A stretch of DNA of 60,514 nt from Rotaria socialis. Taxonomy: Eukaryota. Made by a program: the position numbers and the translations under genes. The stretch covers positions 186,001 to 246,514 of the forward strand of contig CAJNYD010000423.1 in NCBI GenBank assembly GCA_905331295.1, in the 5' to 3' direction. Shown here piece by piece: positions 29,661 to 41,977 of the stretch (within the stretch, counting starts at the first letter, position 1; each line of letters begins with the position of its first letter). Under the pieces are notes generated by a model. It ran no database searches. It was not told the DNA's origin and worked only from the letters and a program-made list of their open reading frames with translations.

Positions 29661-30848
29661 AAATATCGAAATATGGATACAGAGATAAGGGAAATCCCAA
29701 CGGTAAACCATTTAAATCATGGAACACCTTATACGTAGGACAGAACCTTTTTTTGAAGAAAATCACACATGGTTTTGTTATTTCTTTACTGGACCTTTTT
29801 CAGTCAGAACCTTTTTCGAGGGTTCTGCGTTTTATCCGATATCAGAACCCCTAAAGTGGTTCTGTAAAACTCCTTTTTTTCTTTCAGAGCACAATAACGT
29901 ATCATGAAGAGAAGAAAGAAGAAAGTATGCAATAAAATAGTTGTAATGAATGCATCTTAAATTACATTTGAAAAAATATTTTCCGCCGACATTTTGATAA
30001 AAGACTTCATAATAAATATATCTTGCAACATACTTTTTCTCTCAAAGCTTTTTATGGCAGCACGTTTGAACTGTGACACCCTAAAGAATTGAGCAGAAAT
30101 GAGAAAATATTTTACACTTCAGTATTTTTGGGTAAAGAATTTGGTTTTAGAATAGATCATTTTTTGACAGAACCTTTCGCGGTTCAGTCTTATTGTACAA
30201 AACTTCTTCGGTGTAGCATTGCTGAAACAGAACCTTTTATGGTTCAACAATTTTCTGCTGAACCTTAAACGGTTCAGTATCACGGGACAGAACCTGTCGG
30301 GTTCCCCTTTTGGATAGAAAACATTTGATGGTTCCGCATCTTTACCCAGAACTATATCTGGTTCAGTATTATTGCACACTGAACTTTTTACGGTTCAGGA
30401 TTCTTTTGCGGAACCTTGCAAAGTTCAGCATCATGGAACAGAACCTGTCGGGTTCCGTACTTTTGACTAGAGAACATTTTATGGTTCGGTATTTTTTCAC
30501 AGAATCTTAATAGGTTCAGTGTCATTGTGAAGAGCCCTTTCCGTTCAGTATTCTTCAACAAAGAACTTTTTATGGTTTTGAACCTGTTCCCGAAACTTTC
30601 AAAAGTTCAGTACTGTTGGACAGAACTGTTGATAGTTTCGTATTGTCATGCAGAACTTGAAATGGTTCCGCATGAGCTACGAAACGATAAAAAAGTTCTG
30701 CAGAACTCCTTTTTTCTTTCAGAGTACTAGCAACTACAAAAGCAAAGATGTACACTTCACCAACAAAATAAGACCTACGTTTCACAAATGCATTTGACTG
30801 ACGTTTACTAATGAATTTTAGATTGTCATAGACATTCATTTAGGGAAA

Positions 30849-31478
30849 ATGATGATATTTTTCATATTCGTTGTAATCGCAATGAGCTCACCAGCTCATG
30901 CTATATACTCATCCACACTTAGCTTAAGTTTACAAGGACATGAATTTCAACCTCAATATGGTTTTCAATTGATTTTTAATAATACAGCTCAAAGTCTATT
31001 ATTGTGCGCCGCTGCATGTACTCAAAATCCACCATGCCGGACTTTTGATTATGATTCAAGTTCACACCGTTGTCGACTGTTCGAAGCGGATCTTACCAAT
31101 GGAGCAATCATTGCTGTGGCTTCTCAAACGTCTATTGTTGGCAGTGTGATACTTTCAGCATCATTATATGCATCGATGTACAATCAATCTTGTTCAGCTT
31201 GTCAAGAAAATCGATATCAGACTTGTTCATCGACTACGAGCACGTGCCAATGTCCAGGGAATAGTTATTGGAATGGCAGCATGTGTCCATTACAATTATT
31301 TGCAAATGCAACTTGTAGTCAAATTGATGCTTGTCGAAGTGATCTTAATCTTAGTTGTATCATACATTCTTATGGTGAATTCACTCAATGTTTAACAGGT
31401 ATTAATTTATTTACTATTTTCCTATACGAACACTTAACCACGGATAAAATATTTCACTTTTTCATAAAGTTGAAATGA
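30849..31478 (+). CDS. Secreted PAN/Apple-domain protein with Cys-rich (EB-like) module; probably the first exon of a longer, truncated gene
   Basis: Hydrophobic signal peptide; CAAACTQNPPCRTFDYDSSSHRCRLFE (PAN); CQCPGNSYWNGSMC...CRSDLNLSC. Likely donor AG|GTATTA at ~31399, with no recognisable next exon. Confidence 0.75.
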   Translation: MMIFFIFVVIAMSSPAHAIYSSTLSLSLQGHEFQPQYGFQLIFNNTAQSLLLCAAACTQNPPCRTFDYDSSSHRCRLFEADLTNGAIIAVASQTSIVGSVILSASLYASMYNQSCSACQENRYQTCSSTTSTCQCPGNSYWNGSMCPLQLFANATCSQIDACRSDLNLSCIIHSYGEFTQCLTGINLFTIFLYEHLTTDKIFHFFIKLK

Positions 31479-31944
31479 TGTTTTGATAGGCAAAGATCGT
31501 TCAGATAGAGAGAATGTCTGATTATGCATCGTTGAGATTCAATGATGGTGTTATCAGTCCTAATTAGAGTTTTCTTTTCGATAAGAATATCCTAAAATAG
31601 TTTTTTAACATCGCTGGCGTGATTTCAATAAAGAGAAATGATCTTTGTGAGTTCAAGAAATGTTTTAAAAATAGATCGACAACTAAAGATTCACAGCATT
31701 ATTGTTATGCCTATATCTGAGTCTGAGTGCTCATCAATGATATAATATCGCTAAGCTCTTCTTAATAACAAATGCGCCATTAGATTCTCTATCAATCTCT
31801 TTAAATAAGAATGTATTAATAGAAACGATGGTAAAACGATTAGATCCAATGCATGATATGTAATTGGGAAAAGCTTTATTACAAATTCTGTGGAAATTAT
31901 TTGAATATGCAATTAAATTGAAGGTGAATTGACAACGTTTAATC

Positions 31945-32147
31945 GGGGTTTAGGACAGTTGCTCGCAGGACAGTTGCTCGCAAAGGCATTTTCTCGCGAG
32001 TATGAGCTCCAGTCTAAGTTTCTAAGTTACTGGTGAGTAGCTACACCCTCACCCTCACCCTCACTCTCATTCGCGCCCTCAAAATCCACGCCTTCACCCT
32101 CATTCACACTCGCGAGCAAGTGTCATTGCGAGCAACTGTCCGTTTCC
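31945..32147. mobile_element. Mutator-like MITE with 9-bp TSD
   Basis: CGTTTAATC at 31936-31944 and 32148-32156. TIR core GGACAGTTGCTCGCA / TGCGAGCAACTGTCC. Removal restores the UBR4 frame (QRLIDPH). Confidence 0.85.
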
Positions 32148-33080
32148 CGTTTAATCGACCCACATGTACAATCGATTTCATCGATGTTAGATAAATTGAA
32201 TTTATTACTGAAAACTGAAATTGAAGGACAAGGTCGAGATCAAGGACTTCTTTCATTAACTGAACGATTACTCTTTATTATGAGTCAATTATTTCATAGG
32301 TCGAGTAAAACATTATCACAAGATAAACACAATGAAATTTCGGTTTCATATGAAAGTGATATTGAACAATTATATTTATCATTAAACTGTACCAAATTAC
32401 CATTTGTCAAGAGTTATCCTAGTTTAATATCGATATCAGTTCATCTTTTATCCTATCTATCCTTTGACAATAAGGAAAACAATACAGACATTATTGAATT
32501 ATTTCAAATCTGATTAAGAATTCGATCGATTTGATCAAAAAAAACCTCATCAACATCGACGGACATGGATAGTCAATAACACTTACGAGGGAACGGCCCC
32601 AACTGTCAAATCGCTTTTTCTTGGAAAACTAGTGGGTTCTAGGTAATTCAGTATGCTGATTCCGAATATCATAATCATTTGGGCCGCTAGCCCTTTATTA
32701 TCCCAATTTTGGGAAAATCCTGTTTTCTAGCGAAAAATCAATTTCTAATGTTTTCACATGAAAGAGGAGATCGCAAAACCCACAAAATCATATTTAGTTC
32801 ATCTCTAGAACGATTATTGGGGGCGCCACAAGCGTTGTAATCCCATTGGATCAAAGATTTCAACGGTTTTTTTTCGTATTTTCACTGATAATAGTTACAC
32901 TAAATTTCTTTCTTCTACGTTTTAGGTTTACGATCTTATATTATTTTAGAAGCATTCACCGACGTAATAATACATAATATCATCTATTATTAAAGATCTG
33001 TCAACATTTGAAAAGTAAGTAACTCACTATTGTTACATTTTTTTTCTTGATTCTATACTTTTTTTGATATCTTAAGAGTG

Positions 33081-34694
33081 ATGAATCCTGCGAATATTGT
33101 AGATTGTTTGTGTGATTTGGTGAAAAACAATCTTAGTTTACATTCAACATCGGATATCTCATCAAAAGAACGTGAAATTGCTCAGCATTTGTGTGAAACA
33201 ATTGTAACATTTAATAAATGTAAAAGAGTTGAATACGAAGAGGAGACGACATTAGATCTTTATGAAATGTCAAATGATTACGAAAGTGAGGTCGATGATA
33301 CCACTTCTCATGATGATGATAGTTCTGAAGCTGATGATGAATTGGAATCAGAGGAAAAAGAACGAGAAGGTTGTAATGTAAAGGGCTATTCTTTGGAATA
33401 TATGAAAGAAGTTGTTGCTTATGCTGATGCTAAAGATTCATCGGGTAAACGAAGGAGATCATGGAAGACAGTGCATCATAAATACAAAAAAGTTCCAGAT
33501 CAAGCATACATAAGTCGATTCCGTAATTATATTGAACAACAGGGTACGAAACGACAAAAAACACAAAATTTAGATGATATGGTGTTCAAAATATTTGTAG
33601 GGGCAAGAGAAAAGAGTCTTATGGTTCATGATATTGATATTAAAAGATGGGGTTTGAAAGCAGCAAAAGAAATTAAATTAGATGAATTTAGTGCATCAGA
33701 CAGATGGCTAAGAAATTTCAAAGGTAGACACGGAATAGTTTCTCGTCGGGTAACAAATATTGTAACAAAACATGAAGTGGCAAATTAGGAATTGATTGAA
33801 AAATCAGCAAAAGATTTCATCAAAGATTTTTATAAATGCTCTTCTCATTTTAATCCATCACAGATTCTGAATACCGATCAAGTTGGCATTGAAAAAGAAG
33901 CACATTCAACCAGAACATTATCGTTTGGGGGAGAGAAAAAGACTTTCGGCACGGTGGCCTCAAAAAATGCAAGTACTCACTCATATACAGTACAACCAAC
34001 GATTTCCCTTGATGGAAAACAGGTAGGTCCTATTTTATTATGTTTACAGGAGCCGAAAGGTAAGCTAGGAGAAGGTGTTAAAAATAAGTTGTTTAAACCT
34101 TCTAACGTTGTAATTACATGTTCAGCATCAGGCAAATTGACATCATCTTTAGTTGCCTATTGGCGTGATAATTGTCTCTTACCTTCTATTGGAGGTAAAT
34201 GTCTTTTGCTTTCCGACAGTTGGTCTGCTCAGAATGATATGTCATTGTATGATAAAGCCAATTGTCAAAATAAACATATAACACGAATTCAAACTCCACA
34301 GAAAACAACAAGTGATTTACAGCCATTGGACGTGTATTATAACAGACAGATGAAAAATTTTATTAAAAGAATTTATAATAGAGTTGCTTTGGATGAAATA
34401 CCAATACATATGTATGAAAGAAATAATATAATAAAGATTGTATCATTAGTTCATAATCAGCTTTCAGCACCAATCTTCCGTCAAATGATACGTTATTCTT
34501 GGTATGCAAGTGGACTGTCAAAAACAGATCCAACTCCTTTTTTCAATATCAATGAAGTATGTTTTCCACCAATTACATCACATGAAGAGTGTTCAGTAGA
34601 TAACTGTGACGATGCTGTTTTAATTACTTGTGCATTTTGTTCCGAGAAATTTTGTTTCCATGACTTTTTTGTCAACTACCATTTTCATGATTAA
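33081..34694 (+). pseudogene. Tc5-like transposase (CENP-B/Tc5 HTH + DDE_1 + C-terminal Cys/His motif) with one in-frame TAG at 33786-33788
   Basis: FSASDRWLRNFKGRHGIVSRRVT (HTH); NTDQ, LSDSW, QPLDVYYN (D..D37D); CSVDNC..CAFCSEKFCFHDFFVNYH. The two ORFs are in the same frame. Confidence 0.9.
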
Positions 34695-34849
34695 AATACA
34701 GAGAGTGAGTACTGAAAAATCTTTTTTCGCCAAATATTAAAACTTTTCTGTCGCTTCTAGATTGTACACAACTCTAACAGCGATACAATTGAGAACATTT
34801 GTAGAAGGAAAGAAGATTTTGGCTTAGCATTGTATTTAGCGTTCATGCG

Positions 34850-35045
34850 ACATTTTCTGTTGTTTCGTTTATCTTATCGTTGGTTGTCTTATCTTTGTTT
34901 TTTATGTTTGTTTGTCGTATCGTTGCTTGTTTTACCTTCACTCGTCTTATCATTGCGTATCTTATTTTTGTTTGTTTTATCTTCACTTGTTTTACCTTTG
35001 CTTGTTTGTTTTATCTTCACTTGTCTTATCTTTGTTTGTGTATAA
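34850..35045. repeat. T-rich low-complexity tandem repeat inside the transposon 3' region
   Basis: Repeated TCTTATCTTTGTTTGTTTTA(C/T)CTTCAC-like units. Confidence 0.7.
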
Positions 35046-38000
35046 TTACATTCTTGTTCCTGTACGTTTTTTATTGAAAAAAACTATTTAACTAATAAAA
35101 CAAATACAGAAATCGATTGATCTGTACATTTCATGACTTTCGGTGTGCGGGGTAAAGATCTATACACTAGGTTTTAACTCGAAAGGCGCCTTTCTTTCAA
35201 AATACTAATTTATATCGGACTCTACAGGTGTCCTTAGCAAATCAGTGGTGAGCAGAAACGACGCTTCTTCACTGAAGGAGGTCTAAGCAAGCTTCTTCTT
35301 GTCCTAGTAGTGGAAGTTCATTCAAAATTCTAAAAGAATTAGGTGTACTACAACTTTTCTCTGCGAAGAGAAAAAACAAGCCAAACCATAAAAACCTTTC
35401 ATCCAATATAATCCCATCGATTGTGGCGCCCCCAATAATCGTTCTAGAGATGAACTAAATATGATTTTGTGGGTTTTGCGATCTCCTCTTTCATGTGAAA
35501 ACATTAGAAATTGATTTTTCCGAAAAAACATTTTTCGCTAGAAAACAGGATTTTCCCAAAATTGGGATAATAAAGGGCTAGCGGCCCAAATGATTATGAT
35601 ATTCGGAATCAGCATACTGAATTACCTAGAACCCACTAGTTTTCCAAGAAAAAGCGATTTGACAGTTGGGGCCGTTCCCTCGTTAGATTGTTTCTGTGAA
35701 ACTGGTAAATATTTGTATAAGAAATCGATCTATAATAAAGAATTTCGTGATTTTATGAATGAACCGGATGGGATTATTGATCAATATATTCGATGTATTG
35801 AAGCAGATTCATCACAAGTAAAAACATATCTTTGTATGCAAGATCAAGATAATTGAACGGAATTCTTAAATACATCTAGTTTATCCTATGTCTTAAGTAT
35901 ATTAACTGGTCTTTCATCTAGACACGAACATATTCAAATGAAAATTGGTCGAACTTTGATTCCAGTCTTACATAAAATTGAATAATTATCCATTGCCAAA
36001 AAAGTTGGTGTTTTAGTCGAAGATTTGTTACATTCATTAACGGAAAATGAACAAGTAGTGAAAAGAATCGATGAAGTACGAAATCAAACACGAGCAGAAA
36101 AGAAACGTTTGGCACAAGAAGCATGAGAACAAAAAATGTGAGAATTAAAATTACCGAATATAACACGAGAAAAAAGTCTTTCAGAATCATCAGTAACAGC
36201 ATCAAAATTACTCTTTAGTCATGCTGATCTAATTGATGAAACTGGTCACGTGCATTGTATTTGTCATGAAGGATACAAATATTTTTCCAATAAAGTTTTA
36301 GTCATTTACACTTTTACGAAAAAAGTCGATATTGAACCATATGAAGCAAGAACACACAAAACCCAAGGTTATATGACAATGACGCATTTTAATCTCATTC
36401 ATATTGAATGTCATACATCAGCCATTAAACAAGCACGACCAAGAGATGAATGAGAATCAGCTTTATTATAAAATGAGAATACTCATTGTAATGGTTTCTT
36501 ACCTTTATGGAGACCAGATGTATCCGAAGCACAATTTATCACTGCTCTGGCGAGGTATGTTGTTCTCGATCAATTCCTTCTTATAATCTCGGTTCTTATC
36601 GTTTAGATACCATACGAATATTATTGAAGGAACAGGTATCCGTGAAACAACTCCGACATTATCCATTGATGATGTAAAATTTTTATTTCTTCAATTTGCT
36701 GATGTACAGTCTTTCAGTGAAGATACCGGTAGTGATGGACAGGAATCGAATATACGTTTGATTCCTTATCAAATATATTCGATACTCAAAGTTCTAATTA
36801 CGTAAGATTTTTCGAATTTTCTTGTTTTTATCATTTCGTTTTGTCCGGTTGAATAGAATTCGACAAATTGAACGTGAAAGAAAAGCTTTATAAAATTTTC
36901 TTGCTCGCCCAGAAATCTTAATCAATGAAACATTTGAAGCTGATGCTCCGTATATTATGGGGACTTTAGCATTAATCATTATGAGATCGACCAATTGGAA
37001 CAAGAATCGTCGAATCTTTCTACAAAGACTTCTGCTTACAGAACATATTCAATCAATTAATAAACCACAAGATCGAACAAAGTAATTTAATCGAAACGAA
37101 TTTCATTCTCACCATGATCATGATTCTATCTCTTTTCTAGAATTGCTTCAAAAGCAGTAAAATCTTTTGCAATCTGCAAAACTATTTTGGTCTTTTTGGT
37201 CTAAACAATGTCTTTCTTATTCATTTATTAAAACAGGTAATTATTCATTTATCAAATACCTTGTATATCATACAAATATTGTTTTCTAGTGTCTAGATAT
37301 GACATCAGATCAATCGTATCATCAATAATTAGTTCAATTTCTTTATGGTAATGATGCATTCATTATGGAAGCTTGTACCCGAATATGAAAACATTTCGAA
37401 CAAGATTTACTTGCCATTCAAACATTTGAAAGTTTATTTAATGCAGTAGATCTTCGTCAATTGTCGAAATAATGGGTTCAATTGACACTCAATGTATTAC
37501 TATAGCAAAGAGTAGATGAAGAACAATGATCATATACAGTCGTAATGTTTTCTTCTTGGGCTTATTAATTTCTTTTCTCTGTCTTTTGTGTGTTTCTTTC
37601 GAACCAAAACAAGATAAAAGTAACGCATGAGTGATTTTACTCTGTTCAATACTATTCTCTATGATGTAGACATAAGCATATACAGACTCATGAAGATTAT
37701 CTTTATTTATTTGTTTTCCTATTTTCTTCTTTTACTTTTCTTTTGCACTAAATAAAGTCGATCAAAGGTAAACTTAAAGCCTTATGAGGTTTGATCTGAT
37801 TGAGCTATTGCTTGGAATTATGATGTTAAGACATTGGGCGGTAGATTGTAATAGAATCGACTGGTTGAAGTAGGAATAGGAGCTGATAGGCCAATAATCA
37901 TACCACTTGTAAAATAAGAGCATCGTTTGGACCAAAAGATTCTTCAGGGTGAACCAGGATAGTACGAGACAGCTTCTTGTCGATAAGCAGCTGTATTTGG

Positions 38001-38969
38001 TCGAGCATATTTTTCTATATAAGGGAATCAATTTTCACTATCCACAAGGGCATAACCTTAAGATTTCACCTAACTTATAATTGTTCACATAAAATCTTCC
38101 ATCTTATCTCTATTCTTAAGCAAACAAAGAAGAGAGAACAAAGAAGGTGGTCGATAAGCAATGAAATCGGTCTGTTCCAGAAATGTTGAGTTTTTTCTTA
38201 CCAAATAGTCACATTAAGTATCAGAAATTTTTTACTACTGAAATCAGATCGATAGGATGTGTTTAGACCGGGTGCAGTCTTATTTATACTCTGTGGTCAT
38301 ATGCCTATCTAAGCGATAATAGCATTTGTCTGACTGAGTGGTGATTATGGACGATCGAGATAGATTAACAATCCAAATTATATACCGATCGATAGCACTT
38401 TCAAAGACCTATCAAATGGTAATAAGATATTAGAAAAAAATTAATGGCTTTTATAGCTTAGCTTAGGCCATATTCTCATATTATAGTTCCCACTGGTTTT
38501 TTATCCTATGATTTCTAATATTAGTTTAGACAATTAAAGATTATTAATTTAGTCAATCATGCTCGCTTTTACATTAACCGATAGCTATTTAGATCAACTA
38601 TCAAACGATACTAAAAGACTGCAAAAATTACTAATATCACAGTTCAATATAACCACACTACCATACAGTGCCTAGAAAATAACCATTATCGGATGATTTC
38701 TCATATTAGTTTCGATAGTTAAGAATTATTGAGTTAGTCAACCATGCCAGTTATTATATCGATCGATTTCTCAAGTATAATACGAAGTACAGCATCGATT
38801 GCAAATCTTAGCTAAAGGAGGAACTGCTTTCATTGATATGATTTATATGTACAAATGTACATAAGGAGATTTCCATCATCTTCGATTAGACCCACCAGAT
38901 CAGAGAGAACCTCAAGTAAAAAAAATGGGGCGACATGATTAAATATTCGATTTTTCTAATCCCTTCATC

Positions 38970-39510
38970 ATTCGAACAAATATTTGGTATTACTGCAACA
39001 GCAGAATTTCATCGTGGACATTATAAAGTGATTGTGTCAGTGACCATGGTGAGATTCGCAGTCAATGTTTCGAAGAAATCAACATATTCAATTATTCAAT
39101 TATAAGCGACAATCGGAATGGTCACATCAATTTTCACTTCAGTTTGTTGAATATTTATTAATTTAATTATTTTCGCTAATAATCATTTACAATGCACACT
39201 ATTCTTTAAATTTACAATCAATTGTATTTGACGATTATTATAGAAAATTTGAACCATTCTCACAGCTTTATTTCGTTTGATTTCGGACATTTTAATATGT
39301 CATTTTTGTACGGAATATGTTTGAAATAATTGAATAATATGTGATTGAGTTGAATAACATTGATCAAGTTTAATTGCTTGTAATTTCACTTGTTGAAAGG
39401 GAATATCGAGCTTATTAGAAAACGAGATATGGTTCACTTTCGAAATAATAACCATTGGTTTGTTCAAGTTCAATAATAGTTGATAAACAACGATAGATCG
39501 AGGCATTCGG
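38970..39510 (-). pseudogene. UBR4: Second UBR4 fragment (more N-terminal region), inverted
   Basis: IPFQQVKLQAIKLDQCYSTQSHIIQL..MSEIKRNKAVRMVQIFYNNRQIQLIVNLKN..QQTEVKIDVTIPIVAYKLIIEYVDFFE..L*CPR* parallels the recalled UBR4 segment VPF..IKL..IKVD..KRTKMVRTINLYYNNR..QTEVKIDLPLPIVA..LQCPRC. Stops and frameshifts are present. Confidence 0.8.
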
Positions 39511-39595
39511 ATGATTTAATAAAAGAGAATTTTCTTCTTTTTAACATCAATTCTAATTTGGTAAGAAATCATTTGTACATTGATCATCTTTATTC

Positions 39596-39597
<2 letters not shown>

Positions 39598-39630
<33 letters not shown>
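39598..39630. repeat. (AAT)n microsatellite
   Basis: About 11 perfect AAT units. Confidence 0.95.
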
Positions 39631-39631
<1 letters not shown>

Positions 39632-41362
39632 TAATCAAGTACATCCATATATTTGGAATGCCTTTTGATCATAATGAAGAAGGTTAAACCATAAATGAAT
39701 GAATAAATCAAAGAAGACTAGATTGAGAAAAATACTTTTACATTGAATAATAATAGTTAATTAATGAAAAATAAGAAAAATATTTGTAAATGTTCAAGAA
39801 TTAATTTATTCAATGTAATGGGTAAACTCTGAACAAATTTCTTCCATAGATAATAGCTCATCTGATTATTCTTTCATTTGAAAACACTTTTAAATAGTAG
39901 AATCAATGTATGAAGAGCTAAGTTCATAGGTTATGATTAATCGAATGAAAGACCGAGTTTTTTCCTAAATGAATTTTCATTAGACAAAGTCAATACATCA
40001 TTTTGAAGAGCATTATTAATACAATGTGTTACTTTCATAGAATATCGAATTAAATGAACTAAATTTTCTATTTAATCATCACTATTTAATGTCACTTTTA
40101 GATCATTAATGACTAACAGTAAATTTTCATTTAAATATGATTTATCCAAATAACTCATCAGATCATGATAATCCTTCTGAATATTACCATCTTGCGATAA
40201 CAGTTCCGAATCTAAATATTGATTTAATAATGTACGTTTCGGATGACTTGATGATGATAAACGATAAATCGATGGTTTCATTGTTGTTGAACTCATATTC
40301 GTTAAAAAAAAACATTCTTTTCATCAAATGAATTATCTAGATCATGAATATCTTCAATTGTTGTTTTTGTCGTTGATATATGATTGGATTATGGTGGCAT
40401 ATCAGAAATTGATTTTTTTTAGCGATAATAAAACGATCAAAAGATGGAACATTGTGAGAGACAATTTCAATCTTTAGTGATTTTTCAAATGCAGACAACC
40501 TTCGGATGATTGAAGTATTTATGTTAAAAAATGATTGAAAAAAGTTTCTTAAAAAAGCATCCATTTGAAACAGTAAAGGTGAGAGATGAATGAAGATGAG
40601 AAAGAGTTTAACTGATGGCTAAGAGAAAGACTGAAGATAATGTTCTTCCGTTCATTTTTACATGTATATTTATCTTTCATATTCATAAAATAAATAGTTG
40701 AATTATCTCAAATATACCAAAGATATCTCTGAAAAATGAATCCAATAGAAATTTTGAGTTAATTCATTTTCATATTCACACATATTACCATGCACCATCT
40801 TGTTGATAATAGATTGATTTGTTTAATCATATTGAAAAATAGAAGCAAAAACTGAAAGAAAAAAAAAGAAGAAGAGATATTCATTTATTTTGTTGATTTA
40901 TAATAATATGTACATATATTTTTCAAGATATCTATTCTATAGAATATATTTATATTTGATATTTTCTGATAGAAGTTCGACAAGTTATTCTCAAGCTTCT
41001 AGATTTTTTCATAAAGTCAGAACTGTTCTCTGTTAGAATAGACAATATTCACTTTTACTATTTTAACTCAATATATAATTGTTCAAAGTTTGAGCAAACA
41101 ATCAATTGAAAACAATGTATTTGATTGATTTCAGATTGAATATTTGACATTTGATATGAATAAGTAAATCCATTCATGAAACATCGTCTCAATTGTGTCT
41201 GATATATTCATAATCTTTGAGAAATAATGAAATTTTCTTTTCAAATCAAATCTTTAATCTCCGTTTAATGTTTGATCAAAATGAAAATTGAAAAAATCTA
41301 AAGGACAAAAATACAAGTACAAACAATGCGAAAAATATGAATTTGATAATGAAGAATTCAAT

Positions 41363-41782
41363 TCATTGTTTGTTTTCTTCAATACAAAATGGATTGTTAT
41401 TTCCACTTTTTATAAGTTCATTCATTGACGTTTCACAATTTTGTCCATCAAAATAAATATATTCGATGGATTTTATTGTTTCTGAATCAATACAATGTGG
41501 CATTATTCCATAAACATCTGGATTGTTGCGTGGTTGAAAAAAACTTTGTACACCACATTGACGGCAAAACATATGCTTGGCTGTATGTGTACAGAATGTG
41601 TATGTTGTCAATTGGTCACTACCGGTCAGAAGTATAAATTTATCTTTAGATACAATAAAATAATCATTCTGCTTTTTACAACATATGGAACAATTGCATC
41701 GAATTACTGACAAATTAGCTGGAGCTTCAACTTCAAATTTAACTAAACCACAAAGGCAGCCACCAAAATGTTTAACTAACAT
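41363..41782 (-). CDS. CENPV: Centromere protein V-like / GFA (Mss4-like Zn-binding) protein, single exon
   Basis: LVKHFGGCLCG.VKFEV..CNCSIC.KKQN.YFIV..TTYTF.THTAKH.FCRQCGVQSF..PR.NP..YGIMPHCID matches CENP-V/GFA. Confidence 0.9.
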   Translation of the reverse strand: MLVKHFGGCLCGLVKFEVEAPANLSVIRCNCSICCKKQNDYFIVSKDKFILLTGSDQLTTYTFCTHTAKHMFCRQCGVQSFFQPRNNPDVYGIMPHCIDSETIKSIEYIYFDGQNCETSMNELIKSGNNNPFCIEENKQ

Positions 41783-41977
41783 ATCTAAAGATGAAATACA
41801 GAGAATGATCGTCGATTTATGTAATATATCGAGAGATAAAAACTTCTTTCTTGTTTATTGACTATATAATGTGTAAAAAGTCAATCTATTCATGCATGCA
41901 TATACAAACACACACATGAAAAAAAAATATGTTGAGTTCAAAAAGTCATGCTTTAGTGTCAATACAATGGACATAAT

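Larger units (their letters stand above)
26299..30724. mobile_element. Foldback-like element with ~800-bp inverted arms (CTCTGAAAGAAAAA termini, GAACC/GGTTC sub-repeats)
   Basis: Left arm 26299-26955 plus 27556-27679 is the reverse complement of right arm ~29886-30724. TA flanks both termini. ~30-bp periodic GAACC..GGTTC palindromes. Confidence 0.7.
32586..35682 (+). mobile_element. Full-length Tc4/Tc5-type (pogo-related) DNA transposon, ~290-bp TIRs, TTA TSD
   Basis: CGAGGGAACGGCCCCAACTGTC at 32586 and its reverse complement ending 35682. TTA on both flanks (target C-TTA-G). Internal transposase. Confidence 0.93.
31810..37530 (+). pseudogene. UBR4: UBR4/p600 E3 ligase C-terminal region pseudogene, interrupted by two transposons
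   Basis: LLQILWKLFEYAIKLKVN*QRL..MLDKLNLLL..LLSYLSF; HLDCFCE; CICHEGYKYFSNKVLVIYTFTK..QGYMTMTHFNLIHIECH..RDE*ESALL*NENTHCNGFLPLW. Multiple stops, frameshifts and deletions. Confidence 0.88.

Noticed and set aside
32044..32101. (CACCCT)n resembling a telomeric repeat
   Set aside because: Only a few units, internal to a MULE-like MITE.
33786..33788. Programmed stop-codon readthrough in the transposase
   Set aside because: No recognisable readthrough context. A single nonsense mutation or sequencing error is simpler.
34830..35077. Hydrophobic ORFs suggesting membrane proteins
   Set aside because: Translation of a T-rich low-complexity repeat.
37770..38300. Minus-strand TATA-like box with intron-like segment and short frames
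   Set aside because: The frames are broken and no family is recognisable, so it cannot be supported as a gene.
41363..41782. GFA gene as a bacterial HGT
   Set aside because: The sequence closely follows animal CENP-V (LVKH.GGC.CG, KKQN, CGVQSF, PHC.D), so vertical descent is more likely.
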